Source: Eledone cirrhosa (lineage: Eukaryota). Taken from it: 64,000 bases of DNA. The DNA lies in contig OZ024741.1 in the NCBI GenBank assembly GCA_964016885.1, forward strand, positions 213,962,001 to 214,026,000. Reading direction: 5' to 3'. The notes under the pieces are model-generated. The model made no database searches. It was not told the DNA's origin and saw nothing but the letters and a program-made list of their open reading frames with translations. Below, piece by piece: positions 25,876 through 40,350 of the stretch. The translations under genes were made by a program, and so were the position numbers. Within the stretch, counting starts at the first letter, position 1; the number at the start of each line of letters is the position of its first letter.

Positions 25876-27069
25876 CCACCACCATTACGTACATCACCAA
25901 TATATCCCCCAATGTCACCACCACTATATGCACCACTAACACAACCGTTCCCACCTAAAACCACTAACGCCACCACTACCTCCTCCACCACATTATCAAC
26001 AAGACACTCACCACCAGTACCGCAACTACAATCCCTCCACTAACACAACCGTCCCCACCTAAATCCACTAACACCACCACTACCTCCTCCACCACACTAT
26101 CAACAAGACACTCACCACTATTTACATCACCACCACCAACAACACCACTACAGCCCACCCACCCCTAACGCAACCATCCCCACCTAAATCCACTAACACC
26201 AACACCCCCCACTCTAACCACCACCACATTAACTCTATCCTCTCATTATGTATGTATGCGTTCGTTATTAGCTCCTATTCAACTGGGCTTGCTCCCTTGA
26301 AAAATGGTGCCTTTGACAAGAGCCTGATGTTTTAAGGGGAAAACCCATCCAATAATACCAAAACGGGGTTGGTGGTGTGGTGGGTCTGTGTTGGACACAC
26401 CCTCTTTTTTTCTATAACTGAACCCTGAAAAAATGCTATTGACTAAGGTCTCCAGCTTAACCCCCTTTGATAGCAATCTGCCTGAAACTTCCTCGGTTCT
26501 GTGATACAGGCTGTTAATAAGTGTGTATATAATATCCGTGTATTAACGTGTATTTTAGATATAATCCAATGATATTTTGTAGCTACATCACTCCAGAAAT
26601 TAAGTGTAAAATTACACACACATGTGCACCAAGTCCGAACACAGAGGAACCAAACTCCCACTGTCATCGCATCCGTCTCTCCCGCCCTTCCCATCTATGT
26701 TAAAATCACCCATCATAATATTATGTAAGAACACGTAAGTTTCAAACAACAGCTTAGTATTGAGAAAGTTAATTATTTTAGAAATTCTCTTCAAATTGTT
26801 GATTATTTAAAAAATTATTGGAAAATCATTGACATCGTTGTTGATTAAGATTATTGTAATGAAAAGGTTAAATAAGATACTAGCATTAGTAGCATTAGAA
26901 AGGTCATTCAAAAAGGGACGTGACTATAAAACCTTACACAATTTCAGTTACCTCCCCCTTAGGTTCGGCGTTCTCGAAACTGTCCAGAGGTTAAATTTCT
27001 TCTTTCATTCTTCCAGGCTGAGGTCAACTACTGAATGGTCACAATTTAATCCCATGTAACCAGCTCCAT

Positions 27070-27188
27070 CTCCTCTTCCTCATCTTACCCTCTTCTCTAT
27101 CGTCTGCCCCCTCTCCCCTCTTCTCTACTGTCTGCTCTCTCTTCCCCTCTTCTCTACCATCTGCTCTCTCTCCCCCTCTCTCTCGTCT

Positions 27189-27225
<37 letters not shown>

Positions 27226-27655
27226 CTTCTCTCTCTATCCTCTCCTCTATTTCTCCTCTCTCTCACTCTCTTTCACTCTCTCTCCTTCTCACTCTCACTC
27301 TCTCCTTCTCCCTATCACTCTCTCTCCTTTTCCCTCTCCCTCTCCCTCTCTCTCCTTTTCCCTCTCACTCGCTCTCCTTTTTTCTCCTTCTCTCTCTTTC
27401 TCTCTCTTTCTCTCTCTTTCTCTCTCTCCTGTCTTCTCTATCTTCTCTCCCGTCTTCTCTCTCTCTTCTCTCCTGTCTTCTCTCTTCTCTCCCGTCTGGT
27501 CTCTCTTCTCTCCCTTCTCTCTCTTCTCTCTCTTCTCTCCCGTCTTATCTCTCTCTTTCTCTCCCGCCTGCTCTCTCTTCTCTCTCTTCTCTCCCGTCTT
27601 ATCTCTCTCCTTCTCTCCCGCCTGCTCTCTCTTCTCCCTCTTCTCTTCCTCGCTC
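27070..27655. repeat. (CT)n-rich polypyrimidine tract
   Basis: Directly visible. Confidence 0.9.
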
Positions 27656-28430
27656 TATACACAACTACGTGATCTTAATGTACCAATGCTAAGCAGTCAT
27701 TATTAATGGCGAGAATCAGTATTTAGTCGTCGTCCATCGACATCCTCCTCCCCAAGTCACGCGTTTTATGTTCTAATTTCAATCGACGCCCACTCCAAGG
27801 TCAAAGTTTGCCTTTTTCATCCTTCCGTAATCCACAATAATTAGTAATGGTCCAGTTATTAGGGTTCGATCCCCCTTATTTTGACTGGCCATGTAACGCC
27901 CCCCTCATTAGTCACCCTTACGATGAAATATTGGCAGAATCGGACGAAATTTCTTTTCGGTAATTGTTCCAGCTCTTTGCGTTCTGATTTTAAATACGGA
28001 AAAGGTCAAGCATTAAGGTCGATATAATCGAATTTCTCTTTCCACTAAATTGCGGGCCTTGTGCCTAAATTAGAAACCTTGAGGGCAGCGGAGAAAATTA
28101 TTTCTGGAAATCGTTACAGACATTTACTTTCAGAGTGGAAATCAGGCCAAGGCCATCAGTGTCTCGATAAAGTAAAATTACTAACAAAAAGTTAGCGACG
28201 ATGTTTTCTATAATTTATTTTGCTTCCCTTGTCTTTTTTCTTGTTTGTCGTATTTTTCCCCGGTGGCTGTTTAACATCCATGGACACTCTGAGACACGTA
28301 GTTCTCTAGTTTAAAGATCCGAAACCACGTTTGAGCCACGAACTATACCTGATAAAAGATGTTGTAAGTCTGGACTTTTGTCTTTGAAAACGGACCCTCG
28401 GATGGTTCAAGTAGACACACACATTTCATT

Positions 28431-28499
<69 letters not shown>

Positions 28500-28621
28500 T
28501 TTCATTTTTTCCGTTTATCGTTTTCGGGGCACTCGGCCGATTAACCTACTCGATATGCAAATTAGGCTGCTCAGCCGTTAATATGCATAAGGACAGTATA
28601 TACTTTCAGACGTTCAATCAT

Positions 28622-28690
28622 CTGGCAGGAAGGTGTACGTTGCTGACGATAGCTAATAAGCTTGAAACTAGTACAGCGTTCCTTTGTCAG
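28622..28690 (+). ncRNA. Type I hammerhead ribozyme (family D) in a ~300-bp TA-flanked island (28499-28800)
   Basis: Stem I ACGTTG/CAGCGT extended by CTGGCAG.AAGG/CCTTTGTCAG; CTGACGA at 28643; stem II AGCT-AATA-AGCT; GAAA at 28664; palindromic stem III ACTAGT; cleavage after GTA (28673). Confidence 0.8.
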
Positions 28691-28880
28691 TGTTGAACAA
28701 ACGAACAACGATGGTTGCTAGACACTACGGCTTAATACGGGATGTTTGTTTACAAACACATCGAGCAGTATAATAAATGTTCGGTGAATCCATACGTACA
28801 TATATATATGTGTGCATGTATGTATATATATATACATACTACTGTACGTATGTATACATATATGTATGTACGTGTACATA

Positions 28881-28929
<49 letters not shown>

Positions 28930-28984
28930 TGATTTAAAACTTCACCGCTCACATGTGTTTTTTAAGCTTGATATCATGTCTCCC

Positions 28985-29055
28985 TATTTTATCTGATGAG
29001 AACGCAGATATTAACCCATGATGATAATTGTTTTTGAAATGCGTATAATAAAATA
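28985..29055 (+). ncRNA. Type I hammerhead ribozyme (family C), intact core
   Basis: TATTTTAT-CTGATGA(28993)-stem II (diverged)-GAAA(29036)-TGCGT-ATA-ATAAAATA; host element ~28928-29090 ends in (TA)n. Confidence 0.7.
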
Positions 29056-29089
29056 CTTGGAACTCTTTTAACCATCTTTTGATCTTATA

Positions 29090-29135
<46 letters not shown>

Positions 29136-29281
29136 ATACTTTGGGAGGGTCATGTTGCCAATAAGAAACATACGCACCAGTTGTATTCACTTCAATTTAT
29201 TATAATAAATTTATAAATTTAGGAATTTATAAATTTCCGGTTCGTTGGTTGGTTCCACAACTAGATGGTTGTTTATATATT

Positions 29282-29324
29282 GTCAAAGTTCTTTCCTCAC
29301 ACATTCTGTGACCTCTTCAGTGAC
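29282..29324 (-). ncRNA. Degenerate hammerhead motif; related decayed copy at 59346-59385 (+)
   Basis: Minus strand GTCA-CTGAAGA-ggTCACA-gaatg-TGTGAg-GAAA-GAAC-TT-TGAC. Confidence 0.5.
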
Positions 29325-30126
29325 TGGGGTTCTTTTCTTTGTTTTTTGTGCCTCTCCTTTGTTCTGTCCTACGCCATCTTGTTTTTGTGTATATATATAT
29401 ATAAGAAAATATGAAATAGTTTCAGATGTTAAAGTCCTTTATTGATAAGGCTGTGATACATATTTCAATGATGAGAGTGGCCACGTGATTCCGCGTACCC
29501 AGTGCCATGATTTCACCAGACAGCTTCTTATCCTACCGAGTTGAAATCTTATCGAGGTCACATTGTCCTTTCTCGTTTTAAGATTGATAAAAAGAATGTT
29601 CCAACACAGTACTGGGATCTCATAATATATCCCTTTTACAATTACTCTCCGTCACACACACATGCACTCTCTCTCCCTCTCTCTCTCTCACTCTCTCCCT
29701 CTATCTGTCCAACTCCACACCACCTCTCTCTCGGTATGTATGTGCAAGAAACCGGCTGTTTTAAAATGTCACTACGGCGCCCTTACGAATACTCCAAGAT
29801 CTATACACACACACATACACACACATACACACACATATACATACATAACATACACACATACATAAATGTGTAATAGTGTGCATGTAAACGTGTATGCGTA
29901 ATTCTGCCTCAGATGTGTGTGTATTTGTATGTGTAAGGGTAAATAGTGTCTATATTGAGCTTTATACATACGTTGTTTAGAATTAGTGCCGCGTGTGTGT
30001 GTGACTATATATAACGTATGTTTGTGAATGTATACGTAACATACGCGTATCTGTTATGTGTGTATGTGATAAGTAGGCTTGTATAGTGGATGTGTACATA
30101 GACGTAGCAAATGTTTGTAGAAATGT

Positions 30127-30206
<80 letters not shown>

Positions 30207-30234
30207 GTATACACACACATACAAATATATGCAT

Positions 30235-30325
<91 letters not shown>

Positions 30326-30364
30326 GGTATAGATATATGTATATATTTGTATGTGTGTGTATAC

Positions 30365-30429
<65 letters not shown>

Positions 30430-30457
30430 AGAGATTATATACGAATATATATATATA

Positions 30458-30529
<72 letters not shown>

Positions 30530-30743
30530 TATATATAAATGTGTGTTTGTGTGTTTGATTCTGTGGATGCCAACTGTGATGTGTGTTACGACATTGTGTG
30601 TGTGTGTGTGACATAAATCCACTTGCGGCAACGTTACGTCAACAAATGACTAACACTGACACAATAAAACTATTGTTCGCCATTTTTATTTTATCATTCT
30701 CTGGTCTACTAATTTATTTAGCACTCTATTTGTTACGTATATA

Positions 30744-30827
<84 letters not shown>

Positions 30828-30848
30828 CAAATATACATATATATAAAT

Positions 30849-30880
<32 letters not shown>

Positions 30881-30931
30881 GCATGCATGTAAGCATGTAT
30901 GAATGTATGCATGCATGAATGAATGTGAATG

Positions 30932-30965
<34 letters not shown>

Positions 30966-31786
30966 GAGAATCCTTCATTGAGACATTCTCTCTCATCCAT
31001 TCATTCATTCATCTATTCATGTATCCCTCTATTTGTTTATTCGTTTATTCCTACATTCAATGCTTTATTTTATTAGTATTTATTCCTTGTGATTTGTTCG
31101 CCTTTTATCACTCAATGTTCTACTTATTTATTTAGCACTAACATATATATATATATATAAAAACATATATATGCATATACGTACTTACATACATACACAC
31201 TCATATATATATATATATATATTTATATATTCCTTCAAACCTCTATTCGTACATTCGTGTATTCCTTAATTCACTGCCTTTTTCTTCTTTATCCGTTTGC
31301 GTATTTGTTCTTGTTTTTGTTTACACAACTTGTGGTGCACTAACAACACGAACAACAACAACAGTAACAACAACAGTACCTAAAACACCTAGAAACCTAC
31401 AAACAGCAACAATAGCAACACCAAGCTATTACAATAGCTTTATCAACGACTACAATAGCAACAATAACAACTACAACAATAGCAACACCAAGCTATTACA
31501 ATAGCTACAAAGGCTACAGTAACAATAGGAACGTCAACAACTTTACAATAGCAAGCAACATACACCCCTCCGGCAACCAGTGAAGAAGAAACACCACCAC
31601 CACCATCACCATCACCATCACCATAAGCACCTCTACCACCAACACCACCGTAACTACCACTACCACCAACACCACCAGCGCCACCACCATCACAACTACC
31701 GGTGGGACAATACTAATATCAGCTGAAAAACAATAGCAACCATTATATCATTTACTACTACTACTACTACTGCCCCACTACTACTG

Positions 31787-31824
<38 letters not shown>

Positions 31825-31960
31825 GCTACTACTACTACTACTGCTACTGCTGCTGCTGCTGCTACTGCTGCTGCTGCTATGGCACCCACTACTACTACTA
31901 CTCTTACTACTACAACTAGTACAACTACTACTACTATGGCCCCCATTACTACTACTACCC

Positions 31961-32008
<48 letters not shown>

Positions 32009-32233
32009 TCGTAACCGCCATTAGACATATACTTATATCTATTAGCAAAGAAATCCTCAGTTACCCTCGGACCTAGTGTTTCGTATAGATGTACTTTACG
32101 AACGAAACTGCATGTCTTCTGAATAACTTCCAGAGTAATCAGTATTAATATATACTCTGCTTCACGTATTGAGTTCTCTTTTCCTCCATAGTAAAACCTT
32201 AATCTCCTTACACACGCACACAAACACGCATTC

Positions 32234-32335
<102 letters not shown>

Positions 32336-32542
32336 ATATATATATGTATGTATACACATGTATGTATGTATACATATATGTAGATATATATATATATGTA
32401 TATGTGTATATATATATGTGTGTATATATACATGTATGTAAGTATACATGTGTGTGTGTGTATATATGTATGTATACATGTGTGTATGTGTATGTATGTA
32501 TATATATGTATATATGTATGTATGTATACATATATGTGTGTG

Positions 32543-32585
<43 letters not shown>

Positions 32586-33149
32586 CATCGTACCAGCCAC
32601 TGTTCAATGTTACTTATGACATAACAAACAATATCGACAGGAAAACTGAAAAGTCAATAACAAAACAAAAACAATGAATTATAAATGAACAACAACAACA
32701 ACAATAACAACAACAACAAGGATGGGGAAATAGTAAACAAAAATCCAATAATCACAACAACAACAACAGGAATATGATCAGAGGCATGGGACCAACAACT
32801 GTAACAACAACAGTAACAACAGTAACATCAACAACAACAGTAATATGATCAGTAGAACAGGGACAGCAACAACAACAACAGTAACAACAGCAGCAACAAC
32901 AGTAACAATAGTGACAACAACATCAACAGTCATATGATCAGTAGCACAGGGACTCAGCAACAACAACAACAGTAACAACAGCAGCAACAACAATAACAAC
33001 ACCAGTAACAACAATAACAGTAACAACAATAACAACAACTATGTGATCAGTGACAGAGGCACAACAGAAACCTCAATAACAACAACAACAACAATAACAA
33101 CGACAATAGCAGCGTCAACAGCATCACAATCATAAAATCAACAATACAA

Positions 33150-34960
33150 TATGTCAACAACAACATTAACAACAACAGTTAGAGCAACAACAATAACAAT
33201 AAAACAAACTAGAACTTCACCGACATCCAGAACAACAATAACACTAATGTCAACAACAACAACGACCACCACAACAATAACAACAACGACCACCACAACA
33301 ATAACAACAACAACCACCACAACAATAACATCAACAAACACCACAACAATAACAACAACAACAACCACAACAGTAAAAACAACAACCACCACAACAGTAA
33401 CATCAACCACCACAACAATAACAACAACAACCACCACAACAGTAACATCAACCACCACAACAATAACAACAACCACCACCACAACAATAACAACAACAAC
33501 CACCACAACAATAACAACAACAACCACCACAACAATAACAACAACAACCACCACAACAGTAACATCAACCACCACAACAATAACAACAACAACCACCACA
33601 ACAATAACAACAACAACCACCACAACGATAACGACAACAACCACCACAACAATAACAACAACAACCACCACAACAGTAACAACAACAACAACCACAACAG
33701 TAACAACAACAACCACCACAACAATAACAAAAACAACCACCACAACAATAACAACAACAACCACCACAACAGTAACAACAACAACCACCACAACAGTAAC
33801 AACAACAACAACCACAACAGTAACAACAACAACCACCACAACAATAACAAAAACAACCACCACAACAGTAACAACAACAACCACCACAACAGTAACAACA
33901 ACAACCACCACAACAGTAACATCAACAACCACCACAACAATAACAACAACCACAGCCACAACAATAACAACAACAACCACCACAACGATAACAACAACAA
34001 CCACCACAACAGTAACATCAACCACCACAACAATAACAACAACAACCACCACAACAGTAACAACAACAACCACCACAACAATAACAACAACAACCACCAC
34101 AACAATAACAACAACAACCACCACAACGATAACAACAACAACCACACAACAATAACAACAACAACCACCACAACAATAACAACAACAACCACCACAACAA
34201 TAACAACAACAACCACCACAACAGTAACAACAACAACCACCACAACAGTAACAACAACAACCACCACAACAGTAACAACAACAACCACCACAACATTAAC
34301 ATCAACAACCACCACAACAATAACATCAACAACCACCACAACAATAACAACAACAACCACCACAACAGTAACAACAACCACCACCACAACAGTAACATCA
34401 ACAACCACCACAACAATAACAACAACAACCACCACAACAGTAACAACAACCACCACCACAACAGTAACATCATCAACCACCACAACAATAACAACAACAA
34501 CCACCACAACAGTAACAACAACCACCACCACAACAGTAACATCATCAACCACCACAACAATAACAACAACAACCACCACAACGATAACAACAACAACCAC
34601 CACCAAGACCCTCAACCATCACGATAATAACATCAACAACCACAACAGTAACATCAACATCAACAACTCCAAGAACCTCAACCTGAACCACGACAATAAC
34701 ATCAACAACAATAACACCATGAACAATAACAATAACACCCAAAACATCAACATCAACAATACCAACAACAACATCAACAGCAGTAATATCAACCACAACC
34801 ACAATAGCATGAACAACAACAACAACAACAACAACAACCACAGCAATGACATCAAAAACAACAGCCAACAACAACAACTACAACATCGGCAGCAAACTCA
34901 ACACAACTCAAACAGCAATCAATATCGACAACAACAACAATAACAACTTTGAACATTTAC
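33150..34960. repeat. (ACA)n-derived 21/24-bp minisatellite (accacaacaataacaacaacaacc)
   Basis: Directly visible; the poly-Thr and poly-Val ORFs are artefacts. Confidence 0.9.
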
Positions 34961-35064
34961 ATGGAGTACAATGACGACGAGAGTGTAAATGTAGGAAACA
35001 ACCCCTCAAATAACAACAACAATAACAACAACAATAATATAGAAAAATAAAACTACAAGACACC

Positions 35065-35085
35065 ATACTACTACTACTGCTGCTG

Positions 35086-35119
<34 letters not shown>

Positions 35120-35127
35120 AACTTGCG

Positions 35128-35159
<32 letters not shown>

Positions 35160-35163
35160 GCTA

Positions 35164-35259
<96 letters not shown>

Positions 35260-35729
35260 TTATAATAAAGGTAACAACAACAAGATAGAAAAACAAAACT
35301 ACAAGACACCATACTACTACTACTACTACTACTAGTATTATAATAAAGGAAACAACAACAACAACAGCAACAACTATAATGTAATTAGAACAGCAACAAT
35401 ACGATCTGAAATCTATAAAGATGCCGCCATTTTAGAGTAGATACTAAATATAGACAGAGAGTATTGTGTTCGGTAGTGACAGAATATACCTGCCTTATCA
35501 ATTGAGAATGGCCTTGACATTGAACAAAATATAAAGCATGTCTGCCTCAGCCTCCACCTACTACTATTGCTACTGCTGCTACTGCTGCTGCTGCTGCTGC
35601 TGCTACTACTATTGCTGCTACTGTTATTGCTAATACTACTACTACTATTGCTACTACTACTACTACTACTATTACTACTACTACTACTACTACTGCTACT
35701 ACTACTACTGCTACTACTACTACTGATGT

Positions 35730-35799
<70 letters not shown>

Positions 35800-36015
35800 G
35801 CTGCTGCTACTGCTACTGCTGCTGCTGTTATTGCTACTACTCCTACTACTACTATAGTTACTACTACCACTAATGCTACTACCACCACCACTACTACTAC
35901 TCTACTACTACTATTACTACTACCATTACTACTACTATTGCTGCTGCTGCTACTACCACTACTACTACTACCACTACTAGTGCTATAATTGCTGCTACTG
36001 CTACTACTACTACAA
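35065..36015. repeat. (TAC)n/(TGC)n tracts with short duplicated spacers (aaaactacaagacaccatac x2; aaatatagaca...gaatggccttgacattgaa x2)
   Basis: Directly visible. Confidence 0.85.
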
Positions 36016-36444
36016 TTAAGATGCTAAATATAGACATATAGAGCATTACATTAGTTATTGATAGAATATATTTCCGAATTGTGAATGGCCTTGACATTGA
36101 ATATCAAGCCTGCCACATTCTCTTCCTTTTCCTTTTACCCCTCCGCCACTTCTTTTTCTTTTTCTTTCTTTTTTCTTCTTCTTCTTCTTCTTCTTCTTCT
36201 TCTTCTTCTTCTTCTTCTTCTTCTTCTTTCTATTCCACCCCACCCCCCTCCTCTTCCATATATTCCACCTCAACTCCCCCTCCCCCTCTTCTATCCCCAC
36301 CCCTTCACCCCTCCTGTTCTTTCACCCCCTCTCCCCCTCTTCTTCCTCCTCCACAGTGAATCTGAATATATTCTGTAATGTGTGTATAGATAAGTGTTTC
36401 GTTCAGACTCACCAACAGCCAACAGACTGTGTGTGTCTGTGTGT

Positions 36445-36483
<39 letters not shown>

Positions 36484-36985
36484 TGTTTAATGAAGTGTAT
36501 AAGGTGACTGGGTGTGTTTGGGAAGGTGAGAGGATTATGTACATATTTTTCTGTTTGTTTAAATGCGTATATACCGATGTGCATGTATACGTGCATATAT
36601 GCATTTATGGGTGTGTATATGTGTGTAAATATAGTTATCAATGGGTAGAGCCGAATATGACTATATATATATCTATATATACCTTTATAAAATTAGGAGC
36701 AAAGTATATAGATAAATCTACCAAAATATACGGTAGTGTCCAATCCGTATGAAGAACTCAATGTAATCGAAATATCATGAAAAGAAAAGATGTATTCAAA
36801 ATTTTTTCGATGAAAAACACAGGAAAACAGAGTAAAAATTTTACATAGATCTATATGATATACATACCAACACACACATATATATCCTAAAAACGATCGT
36901 AAAATGATGACTTTTTTAATATAAGGAACTGTTTCTTTGTTTTTATTCATTATTTTTATTAATTTATATATATATATATATATAT

Positions 36986-37169
36986 ATAGGAAAAAGTTTA
37001 ACCCCGACGGCAGAGCTCAAGCCGTTTCTGGACTCCAGAAATAGCCGTCGAAACGGCTTGAGCTCTGTCGTCGGGGTTAAACTTTTTCCTATTACCCACT
37101 CTACTACCCTAAGTTTTGAGTACTATGGTGCGTTATGGTCCATCTGGGCCCTTACCACACTTCCTTCGT

Positions 37170-37172
<3 letters not shown>
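36986..37172. mobile_element. Second fold-back copy of the 14669 family, (TA)n on both sides
   Basis: ataggaaaaagtttaaccccgacggcagagctcaagccgtttc ... gaaacggcttgagctctgtcgtcggggttaaactttttcctat, then the shared tail. Confidence 0.8.
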
Positions 37173-37221
<49 letters not shown>

Positions 37222-37227
<6 letters not shown>

Positions 37228-37418
37228 GTTTCCGTAGGAAAGGTAAAGGAAAGGAGAGTACTCTATGTAGGCTACAAAGCTATTTAGTTATGTAATAAAC
37301 AACATAAGATAATTATTCCATTTACCAACAGTTTCACGAAGACAGGGGAGCTCAACACAGATGTCTGATTCGTGAAACCTTTGGTAAATGGAATAATTGT
37401 GTTATGTTGTTTATTACA

Positions 37419-37424
<6 letters not shown>
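37222..37424. mobile_element. TA-flanked element with a long terminal hairpin (37285-37424); related copy without fold-back at ~49580-49720
   Basis: tagttatgtaataaacaacataa..aattattccatttacca..gtttcacgaa / ttcgtgaaac..tggtaaatggaataatt..ttatgttgtttattacataacta; ttccgtaggaaaggtaaaggaaa shared with 49581. Confidence 0.7.
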
Positions 37425-37456
<32 letters not shown>

Positions 37457-38197
37457 GAGGTCAACTTTACATTTTATCCATTCCAGGTCGATAAAAATGT
37501 ACCAGTTGAGTACTGGGTCGATACTTCCTCTACATATCTTTCTCACTTCCACTACCTCACTCGCTATCATTCTCCAGAAGAAATCTGCTGTATTCAGACC
37601 TGGAGAGGATTCGGGTTCCTCCAGGTTTTAAAAAATGCTCTAGAAACGCCGTATGCTGGTACGACGCCCCTACAACTCCAGGAATTACGAGACCACACAC
37701 ACACATATTTGTATAGTAACTGTATAGAGTAGTTTATTGGGATGGTTATAGGGTTCAAGATAAAAAAGGCAGTGATACAATGATTCATTCTTATTAGTTT
37801 CACGCTTTGGAAAAGAAAAATTTATGTTTCAACCTATCGGACGTTGGTCCTTCGTTAAGAAAGAGTAAAGTTTGGAGAAAGTGCAAATTGGTCGGTCGTG
37901 GAAAGGAACGATCGACTTAAGTCAAATCGAACCGAGGAAACAAAGTTTCCATTGGTCTTTCCAGTTGCTAGTACTATCTATCGGTCGCAATTCCAGGTAT
38001 AAGGAACAACGTGAAAGAAAGAGTCTTGTTCGAGAACATAACGCATCGCCCGGTCTAGGAATCGTGGAAAATATAAAGAGAAAAAACGATTTATCAGCAT
38101 GGGTGAGTAACGTGACTATCATTGGTCCTGTTGAGTGTGTACAGATCAAAGATATTTCGTGAGGGTGCTTATTGTTGTTTTGACTTTTTATATTTGT

Positions 38198-38249
<52 letters not shown>

Positions 38250-38332
38250 GTGTGTGTGTTTCTTTGTTTATGTTTCGTTCGTGGTATCGAATATGTGTAT
38301 CTGAGTGTATTATCAATGTGTGTGTATGTATG

Positions 38333-38365
<33 letters not shown>

Positions 38366-38441
38366 TTGGGTGCATGTGTGTATATATATATATATATATA
38401 TGGGGGGGGGGGGGGGGGGGCGTGTGTGTATATATTTATAT

Positions 38442-38481
<40 letters not shown>

Positions 38482-38910
38482 GTATATATATAGTCGACCA
38501 TATTAGAAATCTTAAAAATAAACGCAGAAATTATACAAAGAATGCTGTGTAGAATTAAATACGTGACTACAAACAACAGATTGTAATGTTCAGTATATTT
38601 GTCTTTCTACCCTCTCTCCACCCCTTCTTCTCCCTCTCACCCCCTCTCTATTCTATTGCTTTATTAATTTAGTATTTTATTAATGATGTAGAGTGGGAGG
38701 TAAGGAGGAAGGGGATTAGTAGTAGATGAAGGTAAGAAGGAAGGGGAGGATTTGTTTATTTTAGCGGATTTATTCCTATCAGAGTTATTTACGAGTATAA
38801 TTTAGTGTTTCAGTGTTGTGTGTGTTTATTCTCGGAATATTAATTGTACTACAGTCTTCTCTTCGGAACGTGTGTTGCAATTGTAAATATATGTATTGTG
38901 TGCCTGTATT

Positions 38911-38965
<55 letters not shown>

Positions 38966-38987
38966 ATATATATATATATATATACAG

Positions 38988-39122
38988 CCCAGAAATAGCC
39001 GTCGAAACGGCTTGAGCTCTGCCGTCGGGGTCAAACATTTTCCTATAACCCACTCTACTACCCTAAGTATTGAGTAATCTCGTGCGTTATGGTCCATCTG
39101 GTTCCTTACCACAACTCCTTCG

Positions 39123-39125
<3 letters not shown>
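38988..39125 (+). mobile_element. Single-arm copy of the 14669 family between (TA)n tracts
   Basis: ccagaaatagccgtcgaaacggcttgagctctgccgtcgggg...cccactctactaccctaagtattgag. Confidence 0.8.
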
Positions 39126-39214
<89 letters not shown>

Positions 39215-39403
39215 GTATGTATGTATGTGTGTATATGTGTGTATATATGTGCGTGTGTGTGTATATATATGTGTCTATATATATATATATATGTATATGT
39301 GCATATGTGTATATATATATATATATATATATGTATATTGTATAAGTATATGTATGTAAATGTATACAATTTTTATTGTGTATATATGAATATACATATG
39401 TTC

Positions 39404-39443
<40 letters not shown>

Positions 39444-39892
39444 ACATACATGTATATATTATGTAAAATACATGACAAATAAAGCATGTTTTTTTCATAG
39501 GTACTCCATGCTGGTATCTGATTTTACTCATACCAGTATGAGTAACTACAAAAATATATACAAAATATGTAAACACAGAGATTCTATATATTATAGTACA
39601 TGGGACCTAAACATATAAGGAGGACTAATTATTCGTAATTATAATTTCACGTTCATATATATATATATACATATATATATATGCATATATATATACATAT
39701 ATATATATATATGAATGCCTGTGTGTATGTGTGTAAAAGGTAAACAGAAATAACAAAGGAAACGACACAGAACATTGAAGAAATATATTTAGTTAAACGC
39801 TTGAAATAGCAGGAAAAGAATGAGAAGAGGAAGGAACGGAGATGAGAGAAAATAAGGGGGAGAAAAACGCATGTGTATTCAGTCAGCCATTT

Positions 39893-39934
<42 letters not shown>

Positions 39935-39951
39935 AAATGGCTGACTGAATA

Positions 39952-40004
<53 letters not shown>

Positions 40005-40164
40005 AATATGGGGAGAAGAATACTGCATGGTCGCACATGGATTACATGTTATAACATGAGTCCCTCATCAGTGATTTGCCAACGATCATTGGTATTTCAT
40101 CGCATTAAAAATCATATACCTATATATATACATGGGTGTATGTGTGTGTATGTAAAAAAAAAAG

Positions 40165-40350
40165 CATCCTGTACAGTTTGTAACGTGGTTGGCGTTAGGA
40201 AAGGCATCCTGCTGTAGAGACTATGCCAAAAGTAGGGAACGGATGAGCAAGACGTAGTTATCCTCCCATGTCTTGTTTCAGTCCGTGAACGTCCTTCCAT
40301 CCTATGGCAGCATGGAAAGCAGACGATAAATGATATGGCGATGATGATGC
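40165..40350 (+). mobile_element. SINE/LINE 3' tail fragment ending in (GAT)n
   Basis: ttggcgttaggaaaggcatcctgctgtaga...gcagcatggaaagcagacgataaatgatatggcgatgatgatg; recalled as a common octopus SINE 3' end. Confidence 0.55.

Noticed and set aside
26612-26794. ORF with IMMGDFNID resembling a LINE AP-endonuclease motif
   Set aside because: Single short motif with no other APE or RT motifs recognisable nearby.
31699-31728. Possible minus-strand micro-exon (ttttcag|CTGATATTAGTATTGTCCCACCG|gtagtt); another at ~36411-36425
   Set aside because: Too short to support without transcript data, and the 31.7-kb donor is weak.
35420-35432. AAAATGGCGGC (YY1-like / start-codon context) on the minus strand
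   Set aside because: ORF stops after five codons and there is no other promoter evidence.
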